Notes: generated by a model from the letters alone, not told the origin. Shown: positions 9,545-21,140, numbered from the stretch's first letter. The stretch is 64,000 bases of DNA from Anaerohalosphaeraceae bacterium (GCA_963675525.2 CAXXSL010000019.1:32001-96000), one strand, 5' to 3'. Translations and numbers: made by a program.

Positions 9545-12244
9545 ATGAATCGCAATTTATTAGGATTTAAATCAATGATTGCAAGAAATACTTCCATTTG
9601 CCTATTATGTCTTTTCGTTCTTTTTGGGGTTGATAGTATTTGGGCTGACTCGCCTATCGCCTTTCCCGGCGCAGAAGGCTATGGGAAATATGTTACAGGT
9701 GGGCGCGGAGGCGCGGTCTATGAGGTGACAAACCTTAACAGCTCCGGTTCCGGCAGTTTCGGCGCAGCGATTGGCGCTTCAGGCGCCAGAACTGTCGTAT
9801 TCAGGGTTTCGGGTACGATAACTGGCAATTTTAGTATCAATAATGACGATATTACTATTGCCGGACAAACGGCGCCAGGCGATGGTATCTGTATTAAAGG
9901 AAATCTTTCCACCAGTGCCGATAACATCATTATCCGGTATATCCGTGTAAGATATGATCCTACTTCTCAGATCCAAAACGATGCGATAGGCGGCAGGTAT
10001 CATAGCAACATTATCATCGACCACGTTTCAGCCAGTTGGAGCGCTGATGAAGTTTTTACGCTGTACCATAATGAGAACACAACCGTTCAATGGTGTATAA
10101 TTTCAGAAGGGTGCGAAAAGTTTGAAGACGGCGTAAGCGTAGGTCATCGATTTGGGGGCATCTGGGGAAACAACTACGGTACCTGGCATCATAACCTGAT
10201 TGCGCATAACGATAGTCGTAACCCACGTTGGGCTTCAGGTTGCGGGTATAACGATTACCGTAACAACGTAATTTACAACTGGGGCTATGCAAGTTGCTAT
10301 GGGGGGGAAGCAGTACAAGCCGATAGTGATTTTACATTTTCCACGATCAATATGATCGCCAATTATTATAAGCCGGGTCCTGCAACTGACAGTGGAGTAA
10401 GGGACCGTATTGCAGAGCCTTCAGCGCGTTCAGTTGACGATAAGGGCAGTTGGTATGTTTCCGGTAATTATGTGGATGGTTATCCCGCGGTTACAACCAA
10501 CAACTGGCTGGGAATGGACGGTAGTAATTACATAGCATTAGGTTCGCCATGGCCCGCGATGGCGATTAGTTGTGAGCAAACCGCCGAGGACGCCTATCTT
10601 GCTGTTCTTGACGACGTAGGCTGTTCATTCCCCACACGCGATAGCGTAGATGCAGATATTATTGATGATGTAAGTACAGGTACTGCACAATACGGTGATA
10701 ATGGCATTATCGACGTTCCCGACGATGTTGGCGGCTGGCCCACACTGAATTCCCTGCCGGCTCCTGCGGACTTTGACCATGATGGCATGCCTGATGATTG
10801 GGAAACCGCTAATGGCCTTAATTTGGAAATTGCGGCGGACCGGAATGGTCACGATCTGGATGCGAATTACACAAACCTGGAAGTATATCTCAATAGCCTC
10901 GTCTCCGGCGACATTGAACCTGATACAACAGCCCCTACACCTGACCCGATGACCTGGGCGATGGAGCCTAATGGAATAAACCCGACCTCCATCACGATGG
11001 TTGCCACAACGGCTACGGACACCAGCGGCGTCGAATACTTCTTCGATTGCACCGCCGGCGGCGGCCATGATTCCGCCTGGCAGGATAGCGCAAGCTATAC
11101 GGACACCGGCCTGACCCTTGGCGTTACATACAGCTATCAGGTCAAAGCTCGCGATAAGAGCGTGAACCAGAATATGACCGGCTTGTCGAGTGTCGCATCC
11201 GCATCGCCGATAGCCGATACGACGGCTCCAACGCCGGATCCGATGACATGGGCTGATGAACCGTATCCGGTGGACAGTTCATCGATTTCAATGACAGCAA
11301 CCACTGCAAGCGATGTCAGCGGCGTCGAATACTATTTTGCCAATACCACCATCATCGATGGCAGCCATGATTCCGGCTGGCAAGGCAGTTCAACGTATAT
11401 TGATGCCGGTCTGGTAAACGGAACGACGTACGGCTACCAGATGCAGGCACGGGATACCAGCCCCAACCACAATACCACCGGTTGGTCGGATGAAGCGTTT
11501 GCAACCACAGATCCCTGGACATGTACTGCCCCAATCATGGAGGACCTCGGCGGTGACTGCCAGGTCAATCTGGTTGATTTCTCGATGCTTGCGGCCGAGT
11601 GGATGAGTACTCCGGCTGCCCAGGAACTTGTTGTCAACGGGGATTTCACCGCCGACCTGTCAGGTTGGACGATTACACCCACCCCCCCCACAACGATTAC
11701 CTGGGACAATGGTACCGCGTTATTAGCTCGTAATGGGGATACGGCCGCCTCCAACGGTAATTACATCTACCAGAACATTCCTGTTGTTAGCGGCAATCAA
11801 TACCAGATAGAGGCCCAGTGGGCGGGTGACCTTTATAACGGTACACAGGGGCGCAACTGGGCTGAAGTATTTGTTGGCTTTACCTCTAGCCCCACCGCTT
11901 TTAGCGGCACCTTTTATTTCAAGAAAACCGTGGACGGCACTCTAAATTACTGGGAGCCGTGGAACATGGAGAGCGTACTTCTTTCGCCAGACGGCGGCCC
12001 TACAAATGGAGTCTTTACCGCTACCAACAGCTATATGACGATCGGTTTCAATCTTGGCGGCCATGACGACGGTGGTGGGGCCTACTACAACGTAGACAAT
12101 GTCAGCGTGGTCGAGTACGGAGGCACGCCCTGTCCGGAGTACGATCTATATGAAGATTGTCAATTGAATTTAGAGGATCTAAAGGTTCTCGCGGAGCATT
12201 GGCTCGACTGTCATCGAAATCCTTCGTCACAGTGCGGATTATAG
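9545..12244 (+). CDS. Secreted PL1 (AFPGAEG-type) pectate lyase + 2 FN3-like modules + split dockerin/CBM-like domain
   Basis: AFPGAEGYG..VTGGRGG, IAGQTAPGDGI, IIDHVSASW, RNPR, DFDHDGMPDDWE Ca-binding repeat. Confidence 0.9.
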   Translation: MNRNLLGFKSMIARNTSICLLCLFVLFGVDSIWADSPIAFPGAEGYGKYVTGGRGGAVYEVTNLNSSGSGSFGAAIGASGARTVVFRVSGTITGNFSINNDDITIAGQTAPGDGICIKGNLSTSADNIIIRYIRVRYDPTSQIQNDAIGGRYHSNIIIDHVSASWSADEVFTLYHNENTTVQWCIISEGCEKFEDGVSVGHRFGGIWGNNYGTWHHNLIAHNDSRNPRWASGCGYNDYRNNVIYNWGYASCYGGEAVQADSDFTFSTINMIANYYKPGPATDSGVRDRIAEPSARSVDDKGSWYVSGNYVDGYPAVTTNNWLGMDGSNYIALGSPWPAMAISCEQTAEDAYLAVLDDVGCSFPTRDSVDADIIDDVSTGTAQYGDNGIIDVPDDVGGWPTLNSLPAPADFDHDGMPDDWETANGLNLEIAADRNGHDLDANYTNLEVYLNSLVSGDIEPDTTAPTPDPMTWAMEPNGINPTSITMVATTATDTSGVEYFFDCTAGGGHDSAWQDSASYTDTGLTLGVTYSYQVKARDKSVNQNMTGLSSVASASPIADTTAPTPDPMTWADEPYPVDSSSISMTATTASDVSGVEYYFANTTIIDGSHDSGWQGSSTYIDAGLVNGTTYGYQMQARDTSPNHNTTGWSDEAFATTDPWTCTAPIMEDLGGDCQVNLVDFSMLAAEWMSTPAAQELVVNGDFTADLSGWTITPTPPTTITWDNGTALLARNGDTAASNGNYIYQNIPVVSGNQYQIEAQWAGDLYNGTQGRNWAEVFVGFTSSPTAFSGTFYFKKTVDGTLNYWEPWNMESVLLSPDGGPTNGVFTATNSYMTIGFNLGGHDDGGGAYYNVDNVSVVEYGGTPCPEYDLYEDCQLNLEDLKVLAEHWLDCHRNPSSQCGL

Positions 12245-12304
12245 GGCCGGCTGAATGATTGAAAATGCATTGTTTAAATGAAAGAATATTTAACGAGGGA
12301 AATT

Positions 12305-15277
12305 ATGCCAAACAAACACTACTTAATCATAGGCATCTGTTTATTTGTTATACTTCAATGCAGCCCTTGTCTGGCAGTGGATACAGATCCGATCGGTTGG
12401 GCAACTCTTGGTGGCGGTACTACCGGCGGCCAGGGCGGTGAGGTTGTGACGGTGACGAACAAAGCCGAGTTCGTCACCGCTGTCAGCGATGACACCCCGC
12501 GTATCGTACAGGTGGTCGGCACGATTCACGGAGATGAAATAATTCCCAATGTTGGGTCCAACAAGACCATCCTGGGCATCGGGTATGATGCTCTGATCGT
12601 CGGATTCAGCGTCAAGGTCACCGATCTTGACAACGTTATCGTTCGCAATATTACCTTCCGTGGCGGGATGCCGCAGGACGGCCTGATCTGCCGCCGTGCC
12701 ACGCACATTTGGGTCGACCACTGCACGTTCTTAGACGCAGGCGACGGCTTGCTCGACTTCAGCGACCAGTGCGACTATGCTACAGTCTCCTGGTGCAAGT
12801 TCTACTACACCGGCAAGGTCAATCCCCACAGGTTCGCCTGTCTGGTAGGCTCAACCGACAACAATCCGCCGGACGAGGGAAAATTGAACATCACCTGGCA
12901 CCACAACTGGTGGGGCAACTATGTCGATCAGCGCATGCCACGCGGCCGCTACGGCAAAAATCACGTGTTCAACAACTACTACTCATGCACCGGTAACTAC
13001 TACTGCATCAGCGGGTCATGGGGTTTCGAGGTGCTTTCCGAGAACAACTACTTTGACCACGTGAATAACCCGCTGCTGGGTGCCGGCAGCACGCTGGAGA
13101 TTAAGTCCGTCGGCGATATTTTCGATGCATGCACGGGCAGTACGTCGACATACGGTAATGCTTTCGTGCCTGCCTATGCCTACACGCTTGATCCGGCGGC
13201 CAATATACCGTCAATCGTGCAGGAGGGATCGGGCACTACGGTTCTGGTTGGGGATTCAGCGCTCTGGCCGACCAAGGCAACTGTTCCCGCGCCGGCCAAC
13301 GGGCAGTTCAATGCGGCTGTGGGTTCGACGCTGACCTGGCGCGCCGGCAGCACGGCCGTCAGTCACAATGTCTACTTCGGTACTTCGCCGACCGGGCTTG
13401 CCAGCTACGGCAACCAGCCCGGAACCTCATTTACGCCGCCGGCCCTGACGGCGGACACCAAATATTACTGGCGCATCGATGAAGTCGCTGCCGATGAATC
13501 TGTCATTACCGGCGATCTGTGGACGTTCAAGACCGTTCCTGACCTTTCAGCCAATCTCTATCATTACTGGCCGTTCGACGTCGACTTTCTGGATGTTGCC
13601 CAGGTGTTCGCTTCGAACCCGAACAACCCGTTTGGGGCAGCATGGCTCGATTCTAATGCCAAATTGCTGGGCGGAGGCTGTCTGGACTGTACCTATGGAA
13701 AAGACGGCCTGAACGTTGGCTGGTCCGACTCGGGGACCAACAACATCTTCCCGGACAACGCCCCGATGACCGTCTCACTGTGGTTTAAACCAACGGCCCT
13801 GCCTGCCGTCGATGATACCGACTGCATGCTTGGCAACAAGCTCGGCGACCAAACGGGCGCCAAGACGTTCCGCATCGAACTGCTTCCCACAGGCAATTGT
13901 CGCCTGACCGTTGACAGCGCGACACCGGAATTCGTCAATTTGCCCACCTTGAACGGGTGGAACCACGTGCTGGTATCAATCGACGCATCCGGCCAACTGC
14001 GCGCCTGGCTCAACGCAAATGAGGCCGGCTCGATTACCCTGGCGACCAGCGCATCGAACAACTACAACGGCGAGTACGCCGGAATTGGCTTCTATGGCGA
14101 CGACCAGAACGGCTTTCACAGGGGTGATTACAGAGGCTACATCGATGACGTTGCCATCTGGGACGTATCATCTGACCTGACGTTTGCGGAAATCCTTTAC
14201 AGCGACGGCATTGGCAGGACAGCAATAGGGGATCCTGTGTTTACAACCGATCCGATCAGTAATCTGGATGGTATCGAACTGAGACCTTATACCGGCCAGT
14301 CACTAACATACTATGCTGACGGCATCGGAACTTTCAGCAAAGAGTCCGGTCCTGAATGGCTGTTTGTCTCACCGAACGGAACACTGTCGGGCATTCCGAA
14401 GGATGCAAATGTTGGTCAAAATACATTCACAATTCGCTTCGAGAATACATCCGGCGATTACGATACCGCGACGATGACGATTGATGCGGCAAATGTATAC
14501 AGTGGCGTGCGAGGGCTTGAAGATCTGGCCGGGCTGGCTGCCCAATGGTTGCTGACCAACTGCAGTGACACACCGGCCTGCGACGGGGCGGACCTTTCCG
14601 GCGATACGAATGTGGACGTCTATGACCTGGATACGCTGGCCTATAACTGGCTGGCCGACGAAACCCTCAGGCTGCATCTGCCGTTCGAAGAAGGCGCCGG
14701 CTCCACGACCGACGATCATTCCATTTTTGCCGAATCGGCCGTCCTTGTGAACGGTCCAACCTGGGACACCGGCTATACGGGAGGAGCATTGTATTTTGAC
14801 GGACTGGACGACTATGTCGAGGTCACCGATTTCAAGGGTATCCCCGGCGGCGCCAGCCGAACCTGTATGGCATGGATCAAAACAATCCAACCAACCGACG
14901 AGATTATTAGCTGGGGGGAAGATTACACCGGTGGTCGCTGGGTGATCCGCGTCAATGAGGGCGGTCAGCTTCGCGCGGAAGTACAAGGCGGCAATATCAT
15001 CGGCACCACAGTCATCAACGACGGCAGTTGGCACCATATTGCGGTCGTCCTGGAGGATGACGGCAGTCCGGATGTCAACGAAGCGAAGCTCTATGTCGAC
15101 GGGAATCTTGAAACGATCAGCTCATCCGCTGATGAACCCATTCATACGGGCAGCTACCAAAACGTACAGATTGGGATGTATTACACTGGAGAAAGATATT
15201 TCGAGGGACTCATCGATGATGTGCGGATTTATAATGTTGCCTTGAGTGAACAGGAAATTCAAAGTCTTTCGCAATAA
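12305..15277 (+). CDS. Secreted PL1 pectate lyase + FN3-like, LamG, Ig/cadherin-like, dockerin-like and LamG domains
   Basis: IWVDHC, DGLLD, QRMPRGRYG; YYWRIDEV; WNHV/WHHIAVV and IDDVRIYN LamG signatures; ADLSGDTNVDVYDL. Confidence 0.88.
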   Translation: MPNKHYLIIGICLFVILQCSPCLAVDTDPIGWATLGGGTTGGQGGEVVTVTNKAEFVTAVSDDTPRIVQVVGTIHGDEIIPNVGSNKTILGIGYDALIVGFSVKVTDLDNVIVRNITFRGGMPQDGLICRRATHIWVDHCTFLDAGDGLLDFSDQCDYATVSWCKFYYTGKVNPHRFACLVGSTDNNPPDEGKLNITWHHNWWGNYVDQRMPRGRYGKNHVFNNYYSCTGNYYCISGSWGFEVLSENNYFDHVNNPLLGAGSTLEIKSVGDIFDACTGSTSTYGNAFVPAYAYTLDPAANIPSIVQEGSGTTVLVGDSALWPTKATVPAPANGQFNAAVGSTLTWRAGSTAVSHNVYFGTSPTGLASYGNQPGTSFTPPALTADTKYYWRIDEVAADESVITGDLWTFKTVPDLSANLYHYWPFDVDFLDVAQVFASNPNNPFGAAWLDSNAKLLGGGCLDCTYGKDGLNVGWSDSGTNNIFPDNAPMTVSLWFKPTALPAVDDTDCMLGNKLGDQTGAKTFRIELLPTGNCRLTVDSATPEFVNLPTLNGWNHVLVSIDASGQLRAWLNANEAGSITLATSASNNYNGEYAGIGFYGDDQNGFHRGDYRGYIDDVAIWDVSSDLTFAEILYSDGIGRTAIGDPVFTTDPISNLDGIELRPYTGQSLTYYADGIGTFSKESGPEWLFVSPNGTLSGIPKDANVGQNTFTIRFENTSGDYDTATMTIDAANVYSGVRGLEDLAGLAAQWLLTNCSDTPACDGADLSGDTNVDVYDLDTLAYNWLADETLRLHLPFEEGAGSTTDDHSIFAESAVLVNGPTWDTGYTGGALYFDGLDDYVEVTDFKGIPGGASRTCMAWIKTIQPTDEIISWGEDYTGGRWVIRVNEGGQLRAEVQGGNIIGTTVINDGSWHHIAVVLEDDGSPDVNEAKLYVDGNLETISSSADEPIHTGSYQNVQIGMYYTGERYFEGLIDDVRIYNVALSEQEIQSLSQ

Positions 15278-15471
15278 AAATGTTTGTGAGAATGAGATGG
15301 AATTTTATGTTTTAGAAAAAAAGATTTTAATATTCTTTCGTAATTCTTCAGGTTTTTAACCCGTGTTTGTTTACTAGAATAAGATAAGTTTATAAACGGC
15401 ACGGAAAAAAACACCGTGTATATATTCAAGAAAATGAGTTTTTGACTCATATTGATGAAAGGGCATGTCTA

Positions 15472-18400
15472 ATGAAATGTCATGTTTTGTTTGTCATTGT
15501 ATTGCTGGTTTTTTCTACGATCGCAAGTGCGGATCCCGGACCGATGGTGTTGTTTTATAACAGTGAGGCCTCCTACTTATCCAATGCGACATCCAATAGC
15601 GCCCTGCCGATAGGCAATGGCAAACTGGCCGCGATGGTATACGGCGGCATGTCCACCGAAATCATCCAGTTCAATGAGGATACGGTTTGGGCCGGTCAGC
15701 CGCATGATTATTCCCATCCGGGTGCTTCCGGCTACCTGTCTCAGATCCAAAATTATGTATGGAACGAGCAGGGCCAGGCGGCTTGGGCTGTGGCTGATGA
15801 TACCTTTATGAGTGTGGGTGGCGGCGCTAGTGGTTCTGATGATCTGCGTCAATGTCCCTATCAGCCGACGGCCGAACTGCGTTTGTCCTTTGGCCATTCC
15901 GGTTCGAACTATCGCCGTCAATTGGATCTGACCACAGCGACCGCTTCGGCTACTTATGAGACCGGCGGCGTCACCTATCAAAGAGATTGTTTTGCCAGTT
16001 ATCCGGATAATGTGATCGTGGTGCGTTTGACGGCCAGCCAGTCCGGCAGTATCAGCTTTACCTGCAGTTTAACCACGCCTCATACGACGGTCAGCAACTC
16101 TGTGTCCGGCAATGATGTAGTCTTGAGGGGCGCCGTTGACCATGTGGGTCGCAACGACTTGCCCAGTGATATCGAATTTGAATCACGGGTACGTGTTCTC
16201 AGTGAAGGCGGTTCGGTATCACCTTCCGGGTCGTCCCTGGTGGTGAGCAATGCCGATGCTGTAACCCTGGTGTTGGGTGCTGCTTCGAACTTTGTCAGTT
16301 ATGATGATATCAGCGCTGATGAGAGCCAAATCTGCTCACAAACCGTGGCAAACGCCTCAACCAAGGGCTTTACGACTTTGCGTCAGGATCAGTTGAACGA
16401 TTATCAAGCCCTCTTCAACCGGGTGACGCTGGATCTGGGCACCTCGAGCAAAGTCAATAACCCCATCGACCAGCGTATAGACGACATCGAAACCGGGGTG
16501 AATTACGCCAAGACCATGGGTGATTGGTCATATTTCACCGCCGATGATCTGCAGTTTATTGCTTTGAATTTCCAGATGGCCCGCTATCTGATGATTGCGG
16601 GTTCCCGTCCCGGTTCGCAGCCCCTGAATTTGCAGGGTAAGTGGAATAACGAGGTTGAACCCTCGTGGGAAGGCAAGATGACTCTTAACATCAATGAGGA
16701 GATGAACTATTGGGGTGCGGAGGTCGCGAACCTGGGTGAATGTCATGAGCCGCTATTTGACATGACCCGGGATTTGTCTGAGAGTGGCGCTACCGTGGCG
16801 ACCGTGCATTATGGTGCCGATGGCTGGATGGTGCATCACAACACCGATCTATGGCGTGGTGCAGCGCCGATTAACAGTCCCGGCGGGCTCTGGCCGACCG
16901 GCGGGGCCTGGCTCTCCATGCATCTGTGGTGGCACTATGAATACAGCGGTGATACCGCCTATCTGTCCGAGATCTATCCCTTGATGAAGGGTGCGGCCGA
17001 GTTCTTTGTGGACTTCCTGGAACCACATCCCGGTTATCCAGGCTATATTGTGACTAATCCCAGTCACTCTCCGGAGCAGCCCCGTCCTGACTTAGGGGAT
17101 GACGGTGAAATTATCGCCGGTCCTATGATGGATAATCAGTTGATCCGATGCTTGTTTACGTATGTGATTGAAGCCAGCCAAATTCTGGGCGTGGATGCGA
17201 CTTTCCGATCGCAGTTGGAGACTCTGCGGGCCCAGTTGCCTCCAAATATGATTGGTTCACAAGGCCAACTTCAGGAATGGCTGGAGGATGTGGATCAGGC
17301 CGGTACGCACCGTCACATGTCGCATTTGGTTGACCTGATGCCGGCCGGTAATATCACGCCGCACCATACCCCGGCCTTTGCGGACGCGGTGGAGGTGGTC
17401 CTGGATTGGAAGGGTGATGAAACGAATAACACAGCCTGGAGTATGGCCTGGAAGATGTGCTGCCGCACACGTCTGCTCCAGGGCGATCATGCCTACATGA
17501 TCCTCAATCAGATTTTCGGTAAATCACATACGCATAACATGACCTTTTCCCGCAAAGGGGGGAATGCTTATACTACCTCTGAGAACCAGATTGACGGCAA
17601 TCTTGGTGTCTTGATGGGCACGGCAGAGATGTTCCTGCAGAGTCAGCAGGGCGAAGTGTATCTCTTGCCGGCGTTGCCGAGTAAACTGGTGACTGGAAGT
17701 GTAACCGGTTTGAGAGCCCGCGGCGGCTTTGAGGTTGATATTGCCTGGGACAATAATCAGCTGCAGACTGCACAAATCGAATCGCTGGTGGGTAACACCT
17801 GTCGCGTTCGCTCGGTGTGGCCGTTCAACGTGACCGATGGGGGCCAGAGTGTGACAGTGTCGACACCGGGTACGGATCTTTACGAATTTGATACGGTAGC
17901 CGGGCACACCTACTTACTGACGGCCGGTGCGATTAATGACTCGACCGCTCCGGATCCTGATCCGATGGAATGGGATGTTGTTCCGACCACTGTCGACGGT
18001 AATTCGATTACCATGACCGCCAGAACGGCAACAGACATCAGCGGCGTAGAATACTTCTTTGAGAACGAGACGGTTACTGACGGCAGCCACGATTCCGGTT
18101 GGCAGGCGAGCCCGATATTCGTTGACACGAATCTTGCCCTCAGTACGAGCTATACCTATAACGTCATTGCCAGAGATTTAAGTCCCAATCAAAATGCAAC
18201 CGATCCCTCCGCGTCAGAATTGGCTACGACGACGGGTACGCCGACGGATCTAACGCCTCCGTCGCCGAATCCGATGACATGGGCTGACGAACCGACAACG
18301 ATTGACACACAGTCGATTACCATGACTGCTACGGCGGCAACAGATACCAGCGGCGTCGAATACTTCTTTGAGAACGAGACGATTACTGACGGTAGCCACG

Positions 18401-19626
18401 ATTCCGGCTGGCAGGACAGCAATATCTACACGGATACGGGTTTGCTCCCGAATACCAGCTATACGTACAACGTTACGGCCCGGGATAAAAGCCCCTTGCA
18501 AAATGCGACGGGTGCCTCGTTATCGGAGTCGGCCACAACTGATGCTGACAGCACTCCTCCAACACCGGATCCGATGACATGGGCTGTCGCGCCGTATCCC
18601 GTCGATAGCTCTTCGATCTCCATGACGGCGACCACCGCTTCCGATCCAGACGGTGTCGAGTACTACTTTGCCAACCTGACCGATCCAAGCCATGATTCAG
18701 GCTGGATCGCCAGCCCTTTTTGGACGGATACCGCTCTGGAAGCGGGTGCCACCTACAGCTATGAGGTGCAGGCGCGTGATACCAGTGTCAACGAAAATGA
18801 AACCGGTTGGTCAGATACGGCGCCCGCAACGACGGATCCATGGTCGTGTACAACACTGATCGAAGTTGACTTAAATAGCGACTGTCAGGTGAATATAATC
18901 GATCTCGCAACGCTTTCGTCGAAGTGGACAAATGATTCGAGTGCTGCTGAATTGATCGTTAACGGTGAATTCGAAACCGGTCTATCTCCCTGGACTCTTG
19001 TCTCACTATCGGGTGCATCTGGCACAATGACCGCCAGCCCCGATGTGGCAGTAGGAAATCCTCCGGACTCTGCTCTGGTTGAGACGGATACCGGCACTAC
19101 CGGTGCCAATGACCACCGTTTTTACCAGGTGATCCCGGTGACCGTTGGAAATGAATACGTATTCAGCGGCGATTGGGCAGGTGACATTTCCGGTACCATC
19201 GCTACCAATCCCTCGGCAAGGAATTGGGCAGAGGTCTTGATCGGATTTACTAATAACGCGACTCCCGGCGACTCGGACTTCGGCAGTATTATCTACAAAA
19301 AAGCGTACGGCAATGGGAATCTCAATACCTCGACCGGCGTCTGGGGATGGGAATCGATTACCGCCTCTCCCAATGGTTCCAGTGCCCCGGCGGGCGGTGT
19401 TTTCACTGCGACCGCACCGTACATGTGTATTTCGTTCAATCTCGGCGGTCGGGCGAACTCGGGCGAAACAAACTATTGGGTCGACAATATATCAGTAACC
19501 GGAAATTCGCCCTGTGCGGAGATTGATTTTACGGGTGACTGTGTGCTGAATTTAGAGGACTTTGAAGCTTTCGCAGAGGATTGGCTTATGTGTAATCGCG
19601 ATCCTTCGTCGCAGTGCGGGATGTAG
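15472..19626 (+). CDS. GH95 alpha-L-fucosidase/alpha-L-galactosidase + 3 FN3-like modules + split dockerin/CBM-like domain
   Basis: [62 protein letters not shown]. Confidence 0.92.
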   Translation: MKCHVLFVIVLLVFSTIASADPGPMVLFYNSEASYLSNATSNSALPIGNGKLAAMVYGGMSTEIIQFNEDTVWAGQPHDYSHPGASGYLSQIQNYVWNEQGQAAWAVADDTFMSVGGGASGSDDLRQCPYQPTAELRLSFGHSGSNYRRQLDLTTATASATYETGGVTYQRDCFASYPDNVIVVRLTASQSGSISFTCSLTTPHTTVSNSVSGNDVVLRGAVDHVGRNDLPSDIEFESRVRVLSEGGSVSPSGSSLVVSNADAVTLVLGAASNFVSYDDISADESQICSQTVANASTKGFTTLRQDQLNDYQALFNRVTLDLGTSSKVNNPIDQRIDDIETGVNYAKTMGDWSYFTADDLQFIALNFQMARYLMIAGSRPGSQPLNLQGKWNNEVEPSWEGKMTLNINEEMNYWGAEVANLGECHEPLFDMTRDLSESGATVATVHYGADGWMVHHNTDLWRGAAPINSPGGLWPTGGAWLSMHLWWHYEYSGDTAYLSEIYPLMKGAAEFFVDFLEPHPGYPGYIVTNPSHSPEQPRPDLGDDGEIIAGPMMDNQLIRCLFTYVIEASQILGVDATFRSQLETLRAQLPPNMIGSQGQLQEWLEDVDQAGTHRHMSHLVDLMPAGNITPHHTPAFADAVEVVLDWKGDETNNTAWSMAWKMCCRTRLLQGDHAYMILNQIFGKSHTHNMTFSRKGGNAYTTSENQIDGNLGVLMGTAEMFLQSQQGEVYLLPALPSKLVTGSVTGLRARGGFEVDIAWDNNQLQTAQIESLVGNTCRVRSVWPFNVTDGGQSVTVSTPGTDLYEFDTVAGHTYLLTAGAINDSTAPDPDPMEWDVVPTTVDGNSITMTARTATDISGVEYFFENETVTDGSHDSGWQASPIFVDTNLALSTSYTYNVIARDLSPNQNATDPSASELATTTGTPTDLTPPSPNPMTWADEPTTIDTQSITMTATAATDTSGVEYFFENETITDGSHDSGWQDSNIYTDTGLLPNTSYTYNVTARDKSPLQNATGASLSESATTDADSTPPTPDPMTWAVAPYPVDSSSISMTATTASDPDGVEYYFANLTDPSHDSGWIASPFWTDTALEAGATYSYEVQARDTSVNENETGWSDTAPATTDPWSCTTLIEVDLNSDCQVNIIDLATLSSKWTNDSSAAELIVNGEFETGLSPWTLVSLSGASGTMTASPDVAVGNPPDSALVETDTGTTGANDHRFYQVIPVTVGNEYVFSGDWAGDISGTIATNPSARNWAEVLIGFTNNATPGDSDFGSIIYKKAYGNGNLNTSTGVWGWESITASPNGSSAPAGGVFTATAPYMCISFNLGGRANSGETNYWVDNISVTGNSPCAEIDFTGDCVLNLEDFEAFAEDWLMCNRDPSSQCGM

Positions 19627-19706
19627 GATCGCTTAGCGGTCTGACCCCTTTTCCGATAATTTCGGATTTCAGTGATTATCTAAATCAAAAACGGAAATCA
19701 GGTTCG

Positions 19707-19747
19707 AAACTGTCCGATTCGTGTTCCCAAATCGGACAGTTTTTTTA
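19707..19747 (+). terminator. Intrinsic terminator between convergent genes
   Basis: AAACTGTCCGATT...AATCGGACAGTTT followed by T-run. Confidence 0.75.
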
Positions 19748-19809
19748 TCGATACAGGATTGTGATGGCGGCCGAAAACGCCTTGACGGTGCTTTCGAATA
19801 AAACACGCC

Positions 19810-20565
19810 TCATTTACTTCGATTGACCCAGGCTTTGTAGTGTTCACGATAGCCATAACCGAAGTAGTCAATGGAGAATTCGTTACGGATCTTATATTTC
19901 TTGAAGATCTTGATGATTCGTTTATCTGTCCATGCCGCGAGCGACTCGGTCCGGGCCTGTTCCATGCGTTGTCGAAGAATTTTCTTTTCCTCCTCCTTCA
20001 TTTCCGGCACCATTTCGACATAGGCATTATAGGTGCGGTCGACGCCCGGCGAACGCGTGATGTGATCCAGTAACGCTATAACCTGCTCTTCGCTGAGTTC
20101 CTGTCGCAGCGCCTTGAGCAGTCGGTGAATCTGGGGAGCAAACTCAGCATAGATTGGATCGATTTGTTCGACCATGACAGTCAATGCCTTCAGTTCATCT
20201 TTGCCTCCCTTGTTTGGGTCACGCGCATCATCCCAGGCCGACCAAGCGGCATTCAGTTTTTCATCCACCTGCTGGTGCCAGGCCCATACTCGGCCATAGT
20301 GTTCAGCCAGCAGTGACGCCACCTTGACTTCCTTCATTTCGTTCTCTAAGTTTAGCTTTTGCGACAAATTTTTGCCTTTGTTTTGAACATTGTTTTGAAT
20401 GTCCTCCGGCAGCTCCGGTGACATCCAGGCTGGTGCCGCTGCAGGGCCGGCGTCTATTGCCGCCTGTGTCCTGACCGCCACCTCAACAGCAGTTTCGGCA
20501 TGAAGGACTGATACACCCAACAAAGCGATTAATAATGCCTGGATTATATTTATTTGTCTCGTCAT
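19810..20565 (-). CDS. DUF3826-like secreted protein (family associated with pectin/RG-II loci)
   Basis: Signal peptide; LSEEQV...TYNAYVEMVPEMKEEEK...ARTESL...FKKYK.R pattern resembles DUF3826; GGAG RBS before ATG 20565. Confidence 0.7.
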   Translation of the reverse strand: MTRQINIIQALLIALLGVSVLHAETAVEVAVRTQAAIDAGPAAAPAWMSPELPEDIQNNVQNKGKNLSQKLNLENEMKEVKVASLLAEHYGRVWAWHQQVDEKLNAAWSAWDDARDPNKGGKDELKALTVMVEQIDPIYAEFAPQIHRLLKALRQELSEEQVIALLDHITRSPGVDRTYNAYVEMVPEMKEEEKKILRQRMEQARTESLAAWTDKRIIKIFKKYKIRNEFSIDYFGYGYREHYKAWVNRSK

Positions 20566-20887
20566 AAAAGGTCTCCAATCAACCGATATTTCCCAAATCA
20601 ACCTGCTCGGCAACGTTGCCAAACCATATTCTCGCTATCTTATGATATTACCTTGAGATGATGCAAGTCTTTCCAATAAAATGCACACTATTTTTTCTCA
20701 AACAGGTCTTTTCCTGATACTGTCACTGCTCAATAACCGCTTGGGTGTATGTTTAAGGGGCGTTTTTTCAATGTTTACGTCCGAATATTACGCAATAATA
20801 CACTGTTTAGGTCGTGGAATAGTCCTATAATAGCTGTATTTGTGTGTAAAACAGAATCATACAGGTCTCAACCACAGCTAAATTCTA

Positions 20888-20947
20888 AGAATATGACAAG
20901 TATTTTCATTAATTCGGGTAGAACCAATCCTTGTATTATGCTATACT
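20888..20947 (+). promoter_or_regulatory. 60-bp promoter cassette, copy B
   Basis: AGAATATGAC...CGGGTAGA...ATGCTATACT. Confidence 0.7.
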
Positions 20948-21080
20948 TATGAAAATGTTGAAGTAGGTTGGATTCAACTAGTGTGTGGATGTGGAGTTTT
21001 TATTCTTTTGCGGCGTGGAGAGCTTCATATTATTTGAGTTAATGGGTCTACTACGATTTAAATTATCGGAACATGACATA

Positions 21081-21140
21081 AGAATATGACCGGTTTTTTC
21101 TTTAATGCGGGTAGATTTATTCTTTGTTTTATGTTAGACT
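21081..21140 (+). promoter_or_regulatory. 60-bp promoter cassette, copy C
   Basis: AGAATATGAC...TTTAATGCGGGTAGA...ATGTTAGACT. Confidence 0.7.

Noticed and set aside
8437..18840. CRISPR array or DGR template/variable repeats
   Set aside because: Repeats are in-frame protein modules, not spacer-separated; no cas or reverse transcriptase gene; no obvious adenine-restricted differences.
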